Source: Azolla caroliniana (lineage: Eukaryota; Plantae; Polypodiophyta). From it: a stretch of 64,000 nucleotides of DNA. The notes below the pieces were generated by a model. That model was not told the origin of the DNA. It searched no databases and saw nothing but the letters and a program-made list of their open reading frames with translations. This document shows positions 50,273 to 64,000 of the stretch, in pieces. The DNA lies in the NCBI GenBank assembly GCA_043228905.1, contig JBHGNT010000011.1, positions 11,966,001-12,030,000 on the forward strand. Direction: 5' to 3'. Numbering within the stretch: position 1 is the stretch's first letter; each line of letters opens with the position of its first letter. Position numbers and translations under genes: made by a program.

Positions 50273-53200
50273 GTGGCCCATGTGACAGAAAATGCACTTA
50301 GGATGACCTTATGGAATTGTAACGGCGCACTCTGGGCACACCCCGGCCGCCTAGAGGAGATACTAAAGGTATCTGATATACTTTTCTTGGTAGAAACACA
50401 TCAGAGCCCAAATAGAAGACTCCCACGGGTTGAAGGATTCCGTTGGGAGTCCGCTTTTAGACAAACCTCACGTCGACACACTACTAGGGGATCTGGAGGT
50501 GTCGCGATACTGTTTCGTAGAGAGCTACATAATAGGATAGAAATAATGAAGATAGACCCAGAAGCTCGTTTTATGTGGGTGAAAGTCTCCACAAGCAAAG
50601 ACCAGGCAGTATTTTTCGCCATTTGTTACTTTCCCCCAAAAGGATCCTGTTATAATATTGGTGGCTTGGCGAGATTAGTTGATGAAGGAATGCCACATGG
50701 GCCTTCTCCATATGAACCTCTATCGGATGACATAATCCGATATTCTTCCCAAGGAGAAGTATTTCTTGTAGGAGACTTCAATGCGAGAACCCAATCCCGA
50801 CAATGCACAGTATTTCAGATGAATAGAAACCTAGAAATGGTAAATGTCGATCCTTTAGACATAGGCACCACACGTAGATCAAAGGATCAAGGTGCGGACG
50901 CCATGAGCTTTGGCCATCATCTGCTCGAACTTGGTAGTCGGCACCGGATGGTCATATATAATGGTTTAGCTAAGTGGCCGGGCTCGGAAGAGCTCACATG
51001 TTTCCCACATGGAGAAGGGGAAAGCATAGTTGATTATCTAATAGGACGCCATGAAGCTACCCACATGATTAAATCCTTCCGAGTGGCCCCATGCCCTATT
51101 GGCACAGACCATAGTTTCTTATACTTCGAGCTAAAATGTGATATCTCTAAGGTCACCAAGTCTAGTCAACCATGCCATCACACCACAATACATTTCACAC
51201 ATGAGCTCTTTGACATATACTCTCAACATGTTCAGGCCCATCTCCCCTCCCTTGATCCCTCCCTACCGTTAGAAAGCCTTAGTACAAAACTCACACACAT
51301 CCTTCACTCCGCAGCAACTAGCAGTTTCCCATATACAAAACACTCAAATCAAGGTAGATCAGGATCAATGCCACAAAATAAATGGTATGATGAGGATTGT
51401 AGGGACTTACATAGACAACTTACAGTATCGCAACTCAATGGTAGTATTACCTCCATACAAGCTCGCAAAGAAATGCGCAAGATGACACGTCGTAAGAAAC
51501 GAGCGTGGGAGGCATCCCAATATTGGGAACTCTACCATATGCTCATGAGTAGCGATTGCGCCACGGCATGGAAGAGACTACGGGAGCCAAGACCACAAAC
51601 ACCCATCGAAGATCCCGAAACTTGGCACACATATACAGAGAGACTTTACCAAATCCCAAACCAACCACCCATTCCAATGCCTTCCACACCCTAGCCTACC
51701 ACGGGGACACTTTTCACGACCTCTAGGGTTGTGAAGGTCATAAAGAAATTACAACATAGGAAGTCCATGGACCACACAGGATTACGAGCAGAACACATTA
51801 TATATGCGAGAGAGTGCCTAGCTCCCTTGCTAACTCTAATCTTCAATCGTGCCCTTGCGGAGGGTTTTCCACCACAGTGGACTATGAATACAGTGGCCCC
51901 CATACATAAAGGGGGGGATCCCATGGACCCAAATACATATAGGACCATTATGATAGGCCACACCCTTGCTAAGTTATATGGTGGAGTAATGGAAACAGAG
52001 CTTAGCGACTATATGGAGACCCTAAACCTTCGTGCACCTGAACAAGCTGGCTTTAGACGAGCCTTCTCCACTATTGATCATATCTTCACACTTAGATGCC
52101 TAATTGACCAAACTAAGGCTCGCAAGAAGAAATTATATTGTTGTTTTGTGGACTTCCGCAAAGCCTTTGACACAGTCCCTAGAGAGCGGTTGTTTGATAG
52201 ACTTAAAAGCTTGAGGATACCAGATGATATGGTATGGGCCATCTACGCACTATATGAACAAGTGTCCGGGTGTGTCCGATGCCCAGGTGGCCTATCTAAT
52301 CGTTTCACTAGCACTATTGGTGTAAAACAAGGTTGCCCCCTATCACCGACGCTTTTTGGGATCTACATTGATGAGATCACATATTTTATTGCTCATGAGG
52401 GAGGCACCGGAGTGGTCCTTGGGGATACGCAGGTTCGTATCTTGCTCTATGCGGATGACATAGTTTTGCTCTCTGAATCTGAACACGACCTACAAAGGCA
52501 CCTTAATGCCTTACATGACTTTTGTGTACAACGAGGATTGGTAGTGAATCTAGGGAAAACGAAAGTCCTTATCTTCCACACATCGGCCCATGTTAGAGCT
52601 AAGTGTCACCTAACTATCTCCCATAGCCCAGTCGAGGTGGTTGGATCATATGTCTATCTCGGAGTCACTTTTAATGCCTGCTCAGGTAAATTTTCGATTA
52701 CACATGCAGCGAAGGATAGACTCACGAGAGGACATGCATCCCTCTCACTCCTAGAGAGACAATGCCACCAAGCACACTTTCAAGAGCCATGGACTAAAGG
52801 GTGGCTCTTTGACTCATTAGTGACCCCCTCCCTCATGTATGCATCAATGGTTTGGGCTCCAGGATTACCATCTTTCATGTGGACGCAATTAGAGAGACCA
52901 TTGGTGATGATGCTATCATGGCAACTCCGAAGCAAATCGACTGTACCACATGACATTATTAGGGTTGAGTTCACGTTACCCCCAATGTTAGTAGAGGCAC
53001 TCTTTCAACTTGTAGTCTTCATTCATAGGATACATAGCCAACCACATGATAGAATATCTCATCATGCCTTTAAGGCCTCTCGATCATTGTATGAGTCCGG
53101 CTATACTAGCTCATGGTATGGCACGATGGTGAGTTGGCTTCTTGCGAATGGTCTAGACATTAATAACCTACCTCCCCTTAGGTACAACCACACGAGTGAT

Positions 53201-53935
53201 AACACTTTAATCTCTCATGAGGACTGCAATAAAGTAATACGCCAAGAAATATGGCAAATTTACACTCGGTGTAAATGGATCACCCCACTAGAGCCACTGG
53301 CATCTAAAATGTTGTACTATAAGAAACACTTCATGCACTTCTCTGAGTTAGGTTTTATCACGCGGCCAAAATATCTAGATGTATTCTTACCACATGCACT
53401 AAGGGTTGCCATTGGACAACTTAGAATATCATCTCACCAACTTGAGATTGAGAATGGCCGTACTAGTGGAGTCCCTAGGGAGGAAAGGATATGTAGGTTA
53501 TGTCACATAGAGATAGAGGATGAGTACCACTTTACATGCAAGTGTCCAACCTATGCCGAGATAAGGGCAAAATACGAAGACATACTTGGTTCGTCTCCCA
53601 CCCTCCCCAAACTATTAGATACTCTAGATATAAAGAAATTAGGCAAATACATTCTAGAGCTAAAACAACACAGAGAGAATAAGTTACAAAATGTTGACAA
53701 TAATGTTGCTAATGATCACGAACATGTAACAAATGACGTTTTTCAGGAACAGGGGGAGACAACGAATGTCGACACACTTGCACCACTCGGCCTTTCCATT
53801 GATGAGGCAGAAAACCAGAGAAGAACCAGACGTCCTCGGGTGCCGGGTTTCAAAGCAACTCAACGTGATGTGGAAACAATATTGAAAATAAGGGAACATG
53901 AGCTACACCGCCTAGAAGCCATGGCTAGGGCACTC
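50273..53935 (+). pseudogene. LINE ORF2 (AP endonuclease, reverse transcriptase, CCHC) with a single in-frame TAG at 51692-51694
   Basis: ORFs 50273-51694 and 51731-53989 are in the same frame. Confidence 0.9.
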
Positions 53936-54531
53936 AGTCTTGCTTTATGTCTACTTACATTTCCATTTGAATCATGCTTTGTCTTGTAGACCCATTTGCA
54001 ACCTACAACTTTTTTTCCTTTCGGTAACTTTACCAAATCGCATGTTCTGTTTTCAGCCAATGCATCTATTTCTTCTTGCATTGCATTCACCCATTTCTTA
54101 TCAGATTTTGCTTCATCAAAATTATTTGGATCAGGGATTTGTACCACTTTAGACATGTATGCATAATGCATAGCCATGTATGTATCATAACCAAATCTTT
54201 CAACAATCTTTTTCTCTCTATCTGATCTTCTCAGTTTCTGATTTGCATCTTTCATTGCCTTTTCCATACCAGGGATTTTCAAGGCTCCTATACCAAGCTC
54301 ATCAATGATGTATCTGAATCTACATCTTCCATGTTTCTAGATTCATCATCAAGCATTTCAAATTCTGGCATCTTCGGTTTTCTCTTTCTATCATCATATT
54401 TTTTGTGTCTTGCATTTTTTCCACTCCATGATTTGAATCAGATTTACTACCAGTTTCTTTTGATGGTCCGGAACATTCTATTGATGTTGAACTTTGCTGT
54501 CCAACATTGTTTCCATCTCTATGGCAATCTC

Positions 54532-54819
54532 TGTTAGGATTTTGGTCCCTCTGGATGGGATATGAGTACCCGGCAACGAAAGACTTGGTGAGAACCGGAT
54601 GATGAGTACCCGGCAAGGAAGACCCGGTGAGAACCAGATGACGCAGGCCCGGTGAGAACCTCTCACCAGATGAAGGGACACATATGTAAATATGTCTATG
54701 CTAGCCCATTGTGGCTACATTTGTAAATAGCCTGAAAGTCATATTAGTATAAATATGACCTAGGGCAAATAGAGCTTATGACGGATAGAGTTATTGTGGT
54801 GTAACTACTGTACAGAGCG

Positions 54820-54915
<96 letters not shown>

Positions 54916-57900
54916 TGAACAATCTCTGTTGTAACCGCCTGTTGGCGAAGATTGAGAGCATGAGGTCGTTGCCTCTGTGACTTATTACTGTTGTATTCTT
55001 CTTACATAGTAATAGTTTGGAGTCTGTGGGCTCATGTGGTTTTTTCCCCATTTAGGGTTTTTCCATGAAAACATACTGTGTACTTTCTCTTGCTCTATTG
55101 TTTGAGTGTATATGTGTATTTCTCCCTATTCCCATCTTTCTGTGGTTGATCCTAAGACTTGGTTGTGGCCGAGGAATATTCCGCATATTCTCTACAATCT
55201 GGTATTAGAGCGAAACGACACAGAAAATGGAAGATTCATTTGGCGGCATGTTGAAGCTCACCGGCTCCAACTACTCAGTTGGAAGTCGAAGATGAGGGAC
55301 AGGCTCGTGGTTAAAGATCTTTGGTTGCCGGTTCAATTCGGGGACAAGAGATCGGACAAGATCGATGCCACGATATGGGAGGTGATGCACATGAAGACAA
55401 CGACGTACATACGGTGCTTCATTGACATGAGCTTGTACAACAACTTCAATGAAGAGATCAAGGCTCATGAGCTCTGGGAGAAGATCGACATTATGTTTCA
55501 GAACAAAAATGTTGTTAATCGGGTTTCGGTATTCTAGAAGCTAGTAAGACTTTGACACCAAGATGGCTCCAGTATGGCGGAGCACATGAATGCCTTCTAG
55601 GGGCTGATACACCAGGCAACATCGTTGGAAGTACCTCTCGCCAATGAGGTACTAGCATTACTCCTGCTCGGTTCCCTCTTGGATAGCTGGGAGACGTTAG
55701 TTGTCACTTTGGGCAACGCCGGGCCGGAAGGAAATCCCTAGCAAGAGTCAAGTCGAGCTTGCTAGATGAGGACGTGCATCGGAAAGACAAGGAGGTTATC
55801 TCCGACCCCAAAGCGCTCCTTACTGAATTGGAACGTGGAAGACAAAGAAACCGGAGTCCCAAGAACCGGGAAAAGTTGGGGACACGGTCAAAGTCAAGGG
55901 GGAGGCCTACTTGCTTCTATTGCGGCAAGCCGGGACACTTCTAGAAGAACTGTCGGCATTTCCGGAAAGACAAGGAAACCGACAGTATCGATTCGAAGCG
56001 GTCACTGGACCGGAACAATAAAGACCGGAGGGGACTAGACCGGAAGGGAACGACGGCAATCGCGGCAAGTGAAGAAGATTTGATGCTCATCACTGAGGAG
56101 AGTGAGTTGAACCTTGTCGGCGACGAGACACCGTGGGTTGTCGATTCCGGAGCGTCGTTCCACCTGACCCCGGACCGGAAATGCTTCTCATCCTACACAA
56201 CCGGTGAGCACGATTGTGTCAGGATGGGGAATGAAGGGACATGCCGAATTATTGGCATAGGAAATGTGTTGTTGACAACATCGACCGGATGCAAGTTGTT
56301 GCTAAAGGATGTTCGACACGTTCCGGAGGTTCGACTGAACCTAATATCAGCCGATCGGCTAGACGGGTAGCATCTGGAACAGAGTCATGAAGTTCAGCAA
56401 AGGGAGCGTAATAGTGGCTCAGGCTCGGAAAGTCAACACTCTATACCTAATGAATGCTCGGTTATGCCGGGAAGAAGTGAACGTGGCATCTGACATTGCC
56501 GGTGAGCTGTGGCACAAGAGACTGTGTCACATGAGTGAGAAGGGGATGAGGAGGCTTGCCGATGACAACCTCATTCCGGTGAAAGGCGTGCATCTTGAGA
56601 AGTGCACCGACTTCCTGGCCGGTAAGCAAAACCAGACCTCCTTCTGCTCAAGGCCACCGATGAGACGTAATGCACCACTAGAGCTGGTGCATACCGATGT
56701 GTGTCAAGTGGACACGAAGTCACATGCCGGATCACAGTACTTCGTGACATTCATAGATGACCACAACCGGAAGCTGTGGGTCTCGTCGTTTAAGACGAAG
56801 GATCAAGTGTTATCCGTCTTCAAGGAGCTCCACGTGAGAGTGGAAAGAGAAACCAGCCAAAAGCTGAAGGCAGTTCGAGGAGATAACGGAGGAGAATACC
56901 GGGGGCAGTTTGAGGAGTATTGCCACTCGAAGGGAATCCAGCTTGAATTTACCGTGCCGAAGACGTCGGAACTAAACGGGCTGGCCGAGAGGATGAACCA
57001 GACCACAATGGAGGGTTAAGTTAGAGAGAGAGCAAGAGAGAAAGACAAATAGGAAATGACACCAAATGAGAGGGGAAAAAACTATATTCATTACATGCCC
57101 CATAAGGGGTTTATATAATACAAAATGTAACGGTAAATAATAACCGTTACAAAAGAGACGACCGTTACACTCTTGTCACATGCACATAATTGTGCATGTG
57201 CTCACACATACTCATCCTCACACATTCATATACATATTACACATACAGAACAACCCCTTCAACGTGTTTTACCCTTATGTCGCCCCGTACAACTCCTAAG
57301 GGTAACACATGGCACGCCTGTGGGATAGTGCATCGCACGGTGAACCCACTGGCCATGGCAACTATTAACGACCGGAACTCCATCGATCGTCTCAATAGTC
57401 GGAAATCCATCGACCGGATCATAGCTCTACGATCGATAACTTCAATCGGAGCATTGCTTGACTCGAACCTTCTCGTTCGGTCAACATGTTGCTCAATTAG
57501 ATCACACACCAATTGGCTCCTCCATTGCGGCATGGGCCTTTCATGATTCTGTCACATGTATGTGTATTTTTCGGTTTCATAATGTGAATTGAGCTTTGTA
57601 TTTTGTACCCTTGGTCTCTAAAATTTTTACCCTCAAGTTTTTTCAAATTTTTTTTTTTGGCCCTTGAGTTTTCGAAATTCTGCATTTTGCCCTCCACTTT
57701 TTGAAATTTCACGTCATGCCATCGAGCTTTTGAAATTTCATCTTCTCTACCCTTATATTTCTTAAATTTTCTCTTCATACTCCTCTTCTCTTTCTTCGTT
57801 TCCTTCTGTCTCCTCTTTTTCTTCTTTCGTTTCTTCTTTTGCGTTCTTCTCTTCTTCTGTTTTCTGTTTTCATCTCTGTCTGTGTCTTTGTGGCCGTCAC

Positions 57901-60900
57901 TCGGCCCTTCTCTCGGTCACGCGTCTCGTCTTGGCCGTACTCTTGGCCGCGGGTCCCGGCCATACTCTCGACTGCATGTCTCGGTCGTCTTCTCGGCCAC
58001 ACGTCTCAACCGTGCCTCTCTTGGCCGTACTCTTGGACACACTTCTCGGCTGCGCATCTCGGTCGTGCGTCTCGGCCGTGCTCTCAGCCATGCTCTCGGC
58101 CATTCATCACCGCCACTCAGCCGTTATTTGGGCAATTGCCATTGGTCGACCACCACTCGGCTGCTGTCGGCCACTGTCTGCCAAATCCCCGCCTCCATTC
58201 GGCCGCTGTTTCTACAATCGCCTTTGTTCGATTGCCGCTACTCTGACCGTTGTTCAGCCATTCCGGCAAGTCTGACCGCTGCAGCTGCGGCCACTGTCCG
58301 ACCATCGGTTGGTTGGCCATTCCGGCCATCTCCGCCACTATCTCTGTCGGCATTGTCCGCAATATTCCTCTTCTTCTGGTCCTCTCCGTGGGATGTCTTT
58401 GTTGTCGTCCGCCGGCTGTCGCCGTTCGTCGGTCATCGTCGGAGGCAGCTGTCGGCCGATGTCTCTGTTCGCCGTCGCTGTCACTGTCAGCTTCTTCGCC
58501 GTTCGCCGGTCGCTTCTGTCTGGCCGCCGCTGTCTCTGTCGGCTGCCTGCCCACTAGCCCACTTTATATCGACCGGTCGTTCGGCTGTCTCCGTTGCCGC
58601 CGAATGGCTCTATCAGACGAACGTTGATTTTCCCCCCAGCACCACTCATCGACCTCTTCCTAGAAAGTACTGTGGCCACGGAAGATTCTTCTTGCCTTTG
58701 CATTGGTTGTTGCCTCATTTGCTGATTATGAAGAGCACCTTGAGGCTTCATTGCAATGCTCCTCTCACAAGATACTGGCCTCTGCTTCTCGTAATGACTC
58801 GGCCAAGTAAGATGATTTGGTGCCTGATGTGGTGGTCGGGGATGCACTACACTAACCATATGTTGTTGGCGATTGTTTCTAGATCTTTCTTGTGGCAGAG
58901 CGTACCATTCCTCTCATCTCACCAGCTCTTCTTGGCTAAATCTGAGTTTCTTGAGAATCCCATTGACCGTATTCCCTTTCTTCACGAGAAACTCATGGTC
59001 CCATGTCTTTATACTCTGATGATTTTTAGTATGACATCTCTTCATCTCCTAAGGGTTGTGTAATAGAACCTGAAACCAGTTCTCTACAACAAATTTGGGT
59101 GCTTCTTTCGTTAGTCCCTTCAGCTTCTCCTCGGCTAGATCACAAATCTTTCTTTGAGACTCAAGTCTTGCAACCAGAGTAGTACATGCATCTTGGTTTA
59201 TTCTTGCTTGTTCCTTGTATGCTATATACATTGTTGCATAATGTCTCTAATCGTCTTCTCAAGGCATACTCCATATCGAGACTGTGATTCCAACCATTTC
59301 TTTTGCCTGTCAAGCTTCATAGGCATTGTTGAGATCTCCATTGCTGGCTGGCTCCCACACAGACAATACACGCACAAAACCACACTCTTTTAACACAAAG
59401 ATTGGCAGACACAGAGAGAGGGAAAGAGAGAGAGATCAGTGATGGAGAGGGAAAGTGAGAGAGGGGGAGTGCAACAACAGAAAGACACAAAGAGAGAGAG
59501 AGAGAGAGAGAGAGAGTTCCTCTCAATCACACGCTTGTTGTTGTTACTATGGCCAGTTGTTGTGGACTTTCCCGTGTCAGCCATGGCCAAAAGCAACATC
59601 TCTTATATGTATCTTCTCCTTCCCCATGACTGCAAATACCAACAAATAGTAGAACAAGGCACATGGAGAGAGAGACACACCCACACATATTCAAAAACGC
59701 AGAGATGCACAACTCCTACGGGTAACACACCCTCAGTGCCCTTGGACAGAGACACGCCATAGAGAGTATGGACCGGTAAGGAAGTGTCTTAGTGGCACCT
59801 GAAGGTGTTCGGGTGTCTCGCTTAGGTGCATGTGGCAAAGGACCGGAGAGCAAAGTTGGATCCAAAGTCCCGGCCTTGCATATTCCTCGGATATGATGAT
59901 GTTGAGTTCGACTACCGAGTGTGGGACCCCGTCGACAAGAAGGTGTTCCGAAGTCGAGAGATATTATCTTTATGGACGACAAGACTCTTGCCGACTGGGA
60001 GTCGGAGAAGAAGATAATGAACTCCGAGTCGACCGAAAAGGACCGATTCGATGAGATGCAAACCCAACCGGTAGAGAGCCGGTTAACACTCGAAGAACCG
60101 GCCGGTTACGGAGAGGACACCGAACTGGCAAAAGAAGAAGAGGAAGTAGGAACCGGAACCGGCCAAGATCCCGAATCAGATTCAGATGAAGAACAAATAG
60201 AGGAGCCTGTTGCCGGAGACTGAAGACGCAAATATCCTCTTAGAGAGAGAAGGCCCCCCTAGAGATTTCCGGATGCAGAGCGCATGTTGCTAACTGATGA
60301 GGGGGAGCCGGAAAGCTTCAAAGAAGCAAAGGAGGACACCCACAACCGCAAGTGGTTGAGTGCCATGCAGGACGAGATGGATTCCTTGCATGAGAACCAC
60401 ACGTATGAACTGGTGGAGTTGCGGAAAGGAAAGTGGGTGTACAAGTTGAAACCGGGAGACGTCGACAACCCCCCAAGGTACAAAGCCAGGATCGTGGTGA
60501 AGGGGTTCCAACAGAAGAAGGGAATGGACCTCGAGGTAGAATAGTTAGACGCGAAGACGACGTTCCTCCACGACGACCTTGAAGAGGAGATCTACATGCA
60601 GCAACCGGAGGGATTTGTGAAGAAAGGGAAGGAGCACCTGGTTTTCCGGTTGAAGAAGAGCCTCTACAGTTTGAAGCAGGCTCCTTGGTAATGGTACTGG
60701 AAGTTCGACTCTTTCACGACGGATCAAGGATGCCACAAGACGCAGGCCGATCACTGCGTGTTTGTGAAGAAGTATGAAGATGGAGACTTCCTGATACTCC
60801 TCATGTACGTGGACGACATGTTGATCGTCAGACAAGACCAAGTCAAGATACGGACGCTGAAGATGGCTCTGAACCGGACCTTCTCAATGAAAGACTTGGG

Positions 60901-62083
60901 TTCGGCAAGACAGATACTGGGGATGCATATCATCCGGGAGCGGTCAAAGAAGCAATTGTGACCGTCACAGGAGAAGTACGTGACAAAGGTGCTTCAGCAG
61001 TTCAACATGTTAGATGCGAAATCGGTCGGATCGACACTCCCGACAAATTGCAGATTATCCGGTAAGCAAAGCCCGAAGATGAAGGCAGAGAAGGTAGATA
61101 TGATGAAGATACCATATGCCTTTGCCATCGGGAGCTTAATGTACGCAATGGTCTGTACCTAACCGGATATCGGATACACAGTCGGAGTGGTAAGATGGTT
61201 TATGAGCAATCCCGACAAGGAGCATTGGAATGCGGTAAAATGGATACTCCAATACTTGAAAGGCACCTCAAGTATGTGCCTCCGATTCGGCTACGGTAAA
61301 CCCAAACTTGACGGTTTCATAGATTTGGATATGTCGGCTGATGCGGATACCAGCCGGTCAACATCTGGATATGTCATGACATATGCAAGGGGGGCCGTTT
61401 CGTGGTAGTCGAGGTTGCAGAAGACGGTTGCGTTGTCAACCACGGAAGCGGAGTACATGGCAGCTGTGGAAGCCGGCAAGGAAATACTATGGATGAAGGA
61501 CTTCATCGGAGAGCTAGGGATCCAGCAAGAGGAATACCAGCTCTACTGCGACAGTGAAAGTGCCATCCACCTTGCAAAGAACGCGGCATACCATTCCAGA
61601 ACGAAGCACATCCAGTGCAGGTAGCACTGGATTCGGGAGCGAGTTGAAGATCTAGAGTTTGTGCTGACGAAGATCCACACGGAGGAGAACGGGTCGGATA
61701 TGCTGACCAAAGTGCTCACACCCGACAAGCTAGATGCATGCAGGAAGAGGATCAGACTGACGAGGCATCCCATGCCGGAGTGAAGGGGGAGTTTGTTAGG
61801 ATTTTGGTTCCTCTGGATGGGATATGAGTTCCTGGCAACGGTAGACCCGGTGAGAACTGGATGATGAGTACCCGACAAGGAAGACCCGGTGAGAACTGGA
61901 TGACGCAGGCCCGGTGAGAACCTCTCACCGGATGAAGGGACATATATGTAAATATGTCTCTGTTAGCCCATTGTGGCTACATTTGTAAATAGCCCGAAAG
62001 TCAAATTAGTATAAATATGACCTAGGGCAAACATAGCTTGTGACGAATAGAGTTATTATGGTGTAACTACTGTACAGAACGAA

Positions 62084-62123
<40 letters not shown>

Positions 62124-62404
62124 TGAACAATCTCTGTTGTAACCGCCTGTTGGCGAAGATTGAGAGCATGAGGTCGTTGCCTCTGTGACTTATTACTGTT
62201 GTATTCTTCTTACATAGTAATAGTTTGGAGTCTGTGGGTTCCCGTGGTTTTTTCCCCATTTAGGGTTTTTCCATGAAAACATGTTGTGTACTTTCTCTTG
62301 CTCTATTGTTTGAGTGTATACGTGTATTTCTCTCTATTCCCATCTTTCTGTGGTTGATCCTAAGACTCGGTTGTGGCCGAGCAATATTCTGCATATTCTC
62401 TACA
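54532..62404 (+). mobile_element. Full-length degenerate Ty1/copia element C5 (same family as C1)
   Basis: LTRs 54532-55196 and 61794-62404, TSD ATCTC, PBS-iMet 55200-55211, PPT ~61780-61793, fragmented gag/PR/INT/RT/RH ORFs. Confidence 0.93.
57014..59727. other. Composite insertion inside the C5 integrase: LTR-like 57014-57264, unassigned GC-rich repeat ~57600-59326, LTR-like 59327-59727
   Basis: Integrase stops at NQTTME (57013) and resumes at PSVPLDRDTP (59728); TGTT...AACA termini at 59327-59727. Confidence 0.55.
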
Positions 62405-64000
62405 ATCTCTTCCTTTTTCAGATTTATCCCTGTCTTCATTTTCATTGTCTTCATCAGTTTCCATTTTCTTTTGGGGTGTACTAGCTGCCCAACTCATCAA
62501 ATATTACATCACGGCTCACTACAATCTTTTTTGTCAACGGGTTATAGCATCTATACCCTTTTTGTTCCTCTGAATATCCAACAAGAACACATTTTTTAGT
62601 TTTTGGATCAAGCTTACTTCTTACTTCAACAGGTACATGGACATAAGCAAGGCATCGAAACTTTTAAGTGTCCTAAACTAGATTCCCTTCCATAGAAACA
62701 TTCTTCAGGAGTTACTTCATGTACTCCAGATGTTATACATCTATTTAGAATAAAGTTTGTTGTGTTTACAACTTCTTCCCAATAATACAATGACATAATT
62801 TTTTCCAGTCATCATGGCACTTGCTATGTTCACCAGAGTTCTATTTTTTCTCTCAGCAGCTCCATTTTGCTGTGGAGTATATCCACATGTAAACTGTCTT
62901 CTTATTCCTTGATTACATAGAAAATCAGAAAATTCATTTGAGAAATATTCTCCTCCATCAGATCTTAAACACTTTACTCTAGTCTCGGCTTGCTTTTCAA
63001 CCATGCATTTGAACTTACGAAAGTAATCAAATACTTCACTTTTTTCTTTCATGAAGTAAACCTATGTTTTCCTTGAGCAATCATCGATAAAAGTTACATA
63101 GAACCTGCAACCACCAATTGATTGATTTTTGTTGGTCCCCATACATCCGTATGTACCAAATCCAACAAATTTTTGCTTACATGTCTTTCATGAGGTAAAG
63201 GCAACCTGTTTTGCTTTCCATATTGGCATGCTTCACATATTCTGCTCATCTCACAGTCTTTCAACTTTGGCGGTCCAGCCACTACATTTTTCCTCAACAT
63301 ATTTTTCAAAGTTTGCATACTTATGTGTCCAATTCTTTTATGCCACATTTCCACATATGAGATCACATTCATTTCTCCTGCAAACATGGTTGTAATCATT
63401 TTAGGTATATCCACATCTAAGATAAACATTCTTCCTTGACGTTTTCCTTTTGCAATCAACTTTCCATGTTTCTGTATAAAGCATCCACTTTGCTTAAACT
63501 TAACTTGCATTCCTTGCTCTACTATCAGTCCAATAGAAATTAGTTTTTTTGCAAGGTTTGGCACGTGCATAACATTAAGCATATACTTCGTTTTTCCTTT
63601 TTCATCCCACAATGGGATATCTCCAACATGCTCAATTCGGTGAGTAGTATTATCACCTATCTATACATAACCAGGAATATCTAGTTCTCTTAGACTTTCA
63701 AACCACTTTACATGTCCTGTCATATGATTAGATGCCCCAAAATCTACATACCACATATAATTTTCATTGCATCTTTGTGAACATTCAGCCATTGATGTTG
63801 TTTCATGTTACATCACAAATGCACAATCTTTATCACAGTCTTCACTAGTTGAAGCATAGTTATTTTGTTGTTTCTTCCCTCTTTTTTCATCATTTTGCTT
63901 TTTATAGCATTCAACCTATGTATGGCCTGGTTTTCCACAGTACCAACAACCATCATCATTCAAATAAGTTTGCTTACCTCTCCCTTGATTGCTCCCCTTG

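Larger units (their letters stand above)
49910..53935 (+). mobile_element. LINE family B: ORF1 C-terminus plus APE-RT ORF2; 5' end cut by C4, 3' tail lost
   Basis: ORF1 GLKEG...ALVLQF...IYLAEDLT; ORF2 WNCNG, VETH, GDFNAR, VDYL, TDH (APE), EQAGFR, VDFRKAFD, GVKQGCPLSP, LYADD (RT), RICRLC..EDEYHFTCKC. Confidence 0.93.
42105..64000 (-). mobile_element. Ty1/copia element C3 in three pieces (42105-43881, 53936-54531, 62405-64000), split by nested insertions
   Basis: 3' LTR ~42105-42498 and PPT ~42501-42512; RT/RH ORFs 42519-43585. [13 protein letters not shown] at 43880 follows on from ...RHKARL at 53936. Integrase, GAG-pre-integrase, protease and zinc knuckle at 62405-64000. Confidence 0.8.

Noticed and set aside
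51692-51694. Programmed stop-codon readthrough in LINE ORF2
   Set aside because: Most simply a C-to-T transition (CAG to TAG), like the many other stops in these methylated TEs.
43877-53935. Single insertion with TSD inside copia C3
   Set aside because: No matching terminal LTR or TSD at 53935, and a few codons (VAKG) are lost; a deletion-fused stack is more likely.
57882-59063. 393-aa protein-coding gene
   Set aside because: Composition is driven by short GC-rich repeats; there is no domain signature.

Overview
This is eukaryotic plant DNA, probably from a large-genome seed-free plant such as a fern (inferred from the TE repertoire only). It holds one intact host gene, an intronless GT8 galacturonosyltransferase-like (GATL) gene on the minus strand (~26298-27527). 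The gene lies between two deeply nested retrotransposon clusters, with an AT-rich degenerate spacer (~28.5-41.7 kb). The left cluster (1-23000) has four Ty3/gypsy non-chromovirus elements with tRNA-Trp primer sites (Phygy/Selgy-like), one of them a gag-only non-autonomous element, plus a Ty1/copia element carrying a LINE fragment in its LTR, a solo LTR and a copia remnant. The right cluster (41787-64000) has three nested copia elements, solo LTRs and a near-complete APE-RT LINE that looks RTEX/L2-CR1-like rather than plant L1. The notable signals are: (1) tRNA-type Pol III A/B-box cassettes sitting antisense in the U3 of several LTRs at a constant 43-44 bp spacing; (2) 4-bp target-site duplications centred on CpG for the tRNA-Trp gypsy family; (3) a candidate programmed -1 frameshift (G GAU UUU plus stem-loop) located after the protease; (4) LINEs with (ATCT)n tails inserted at CT/GA tracts in LTRs. 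Coordinates were read by eye and no database searches were run.
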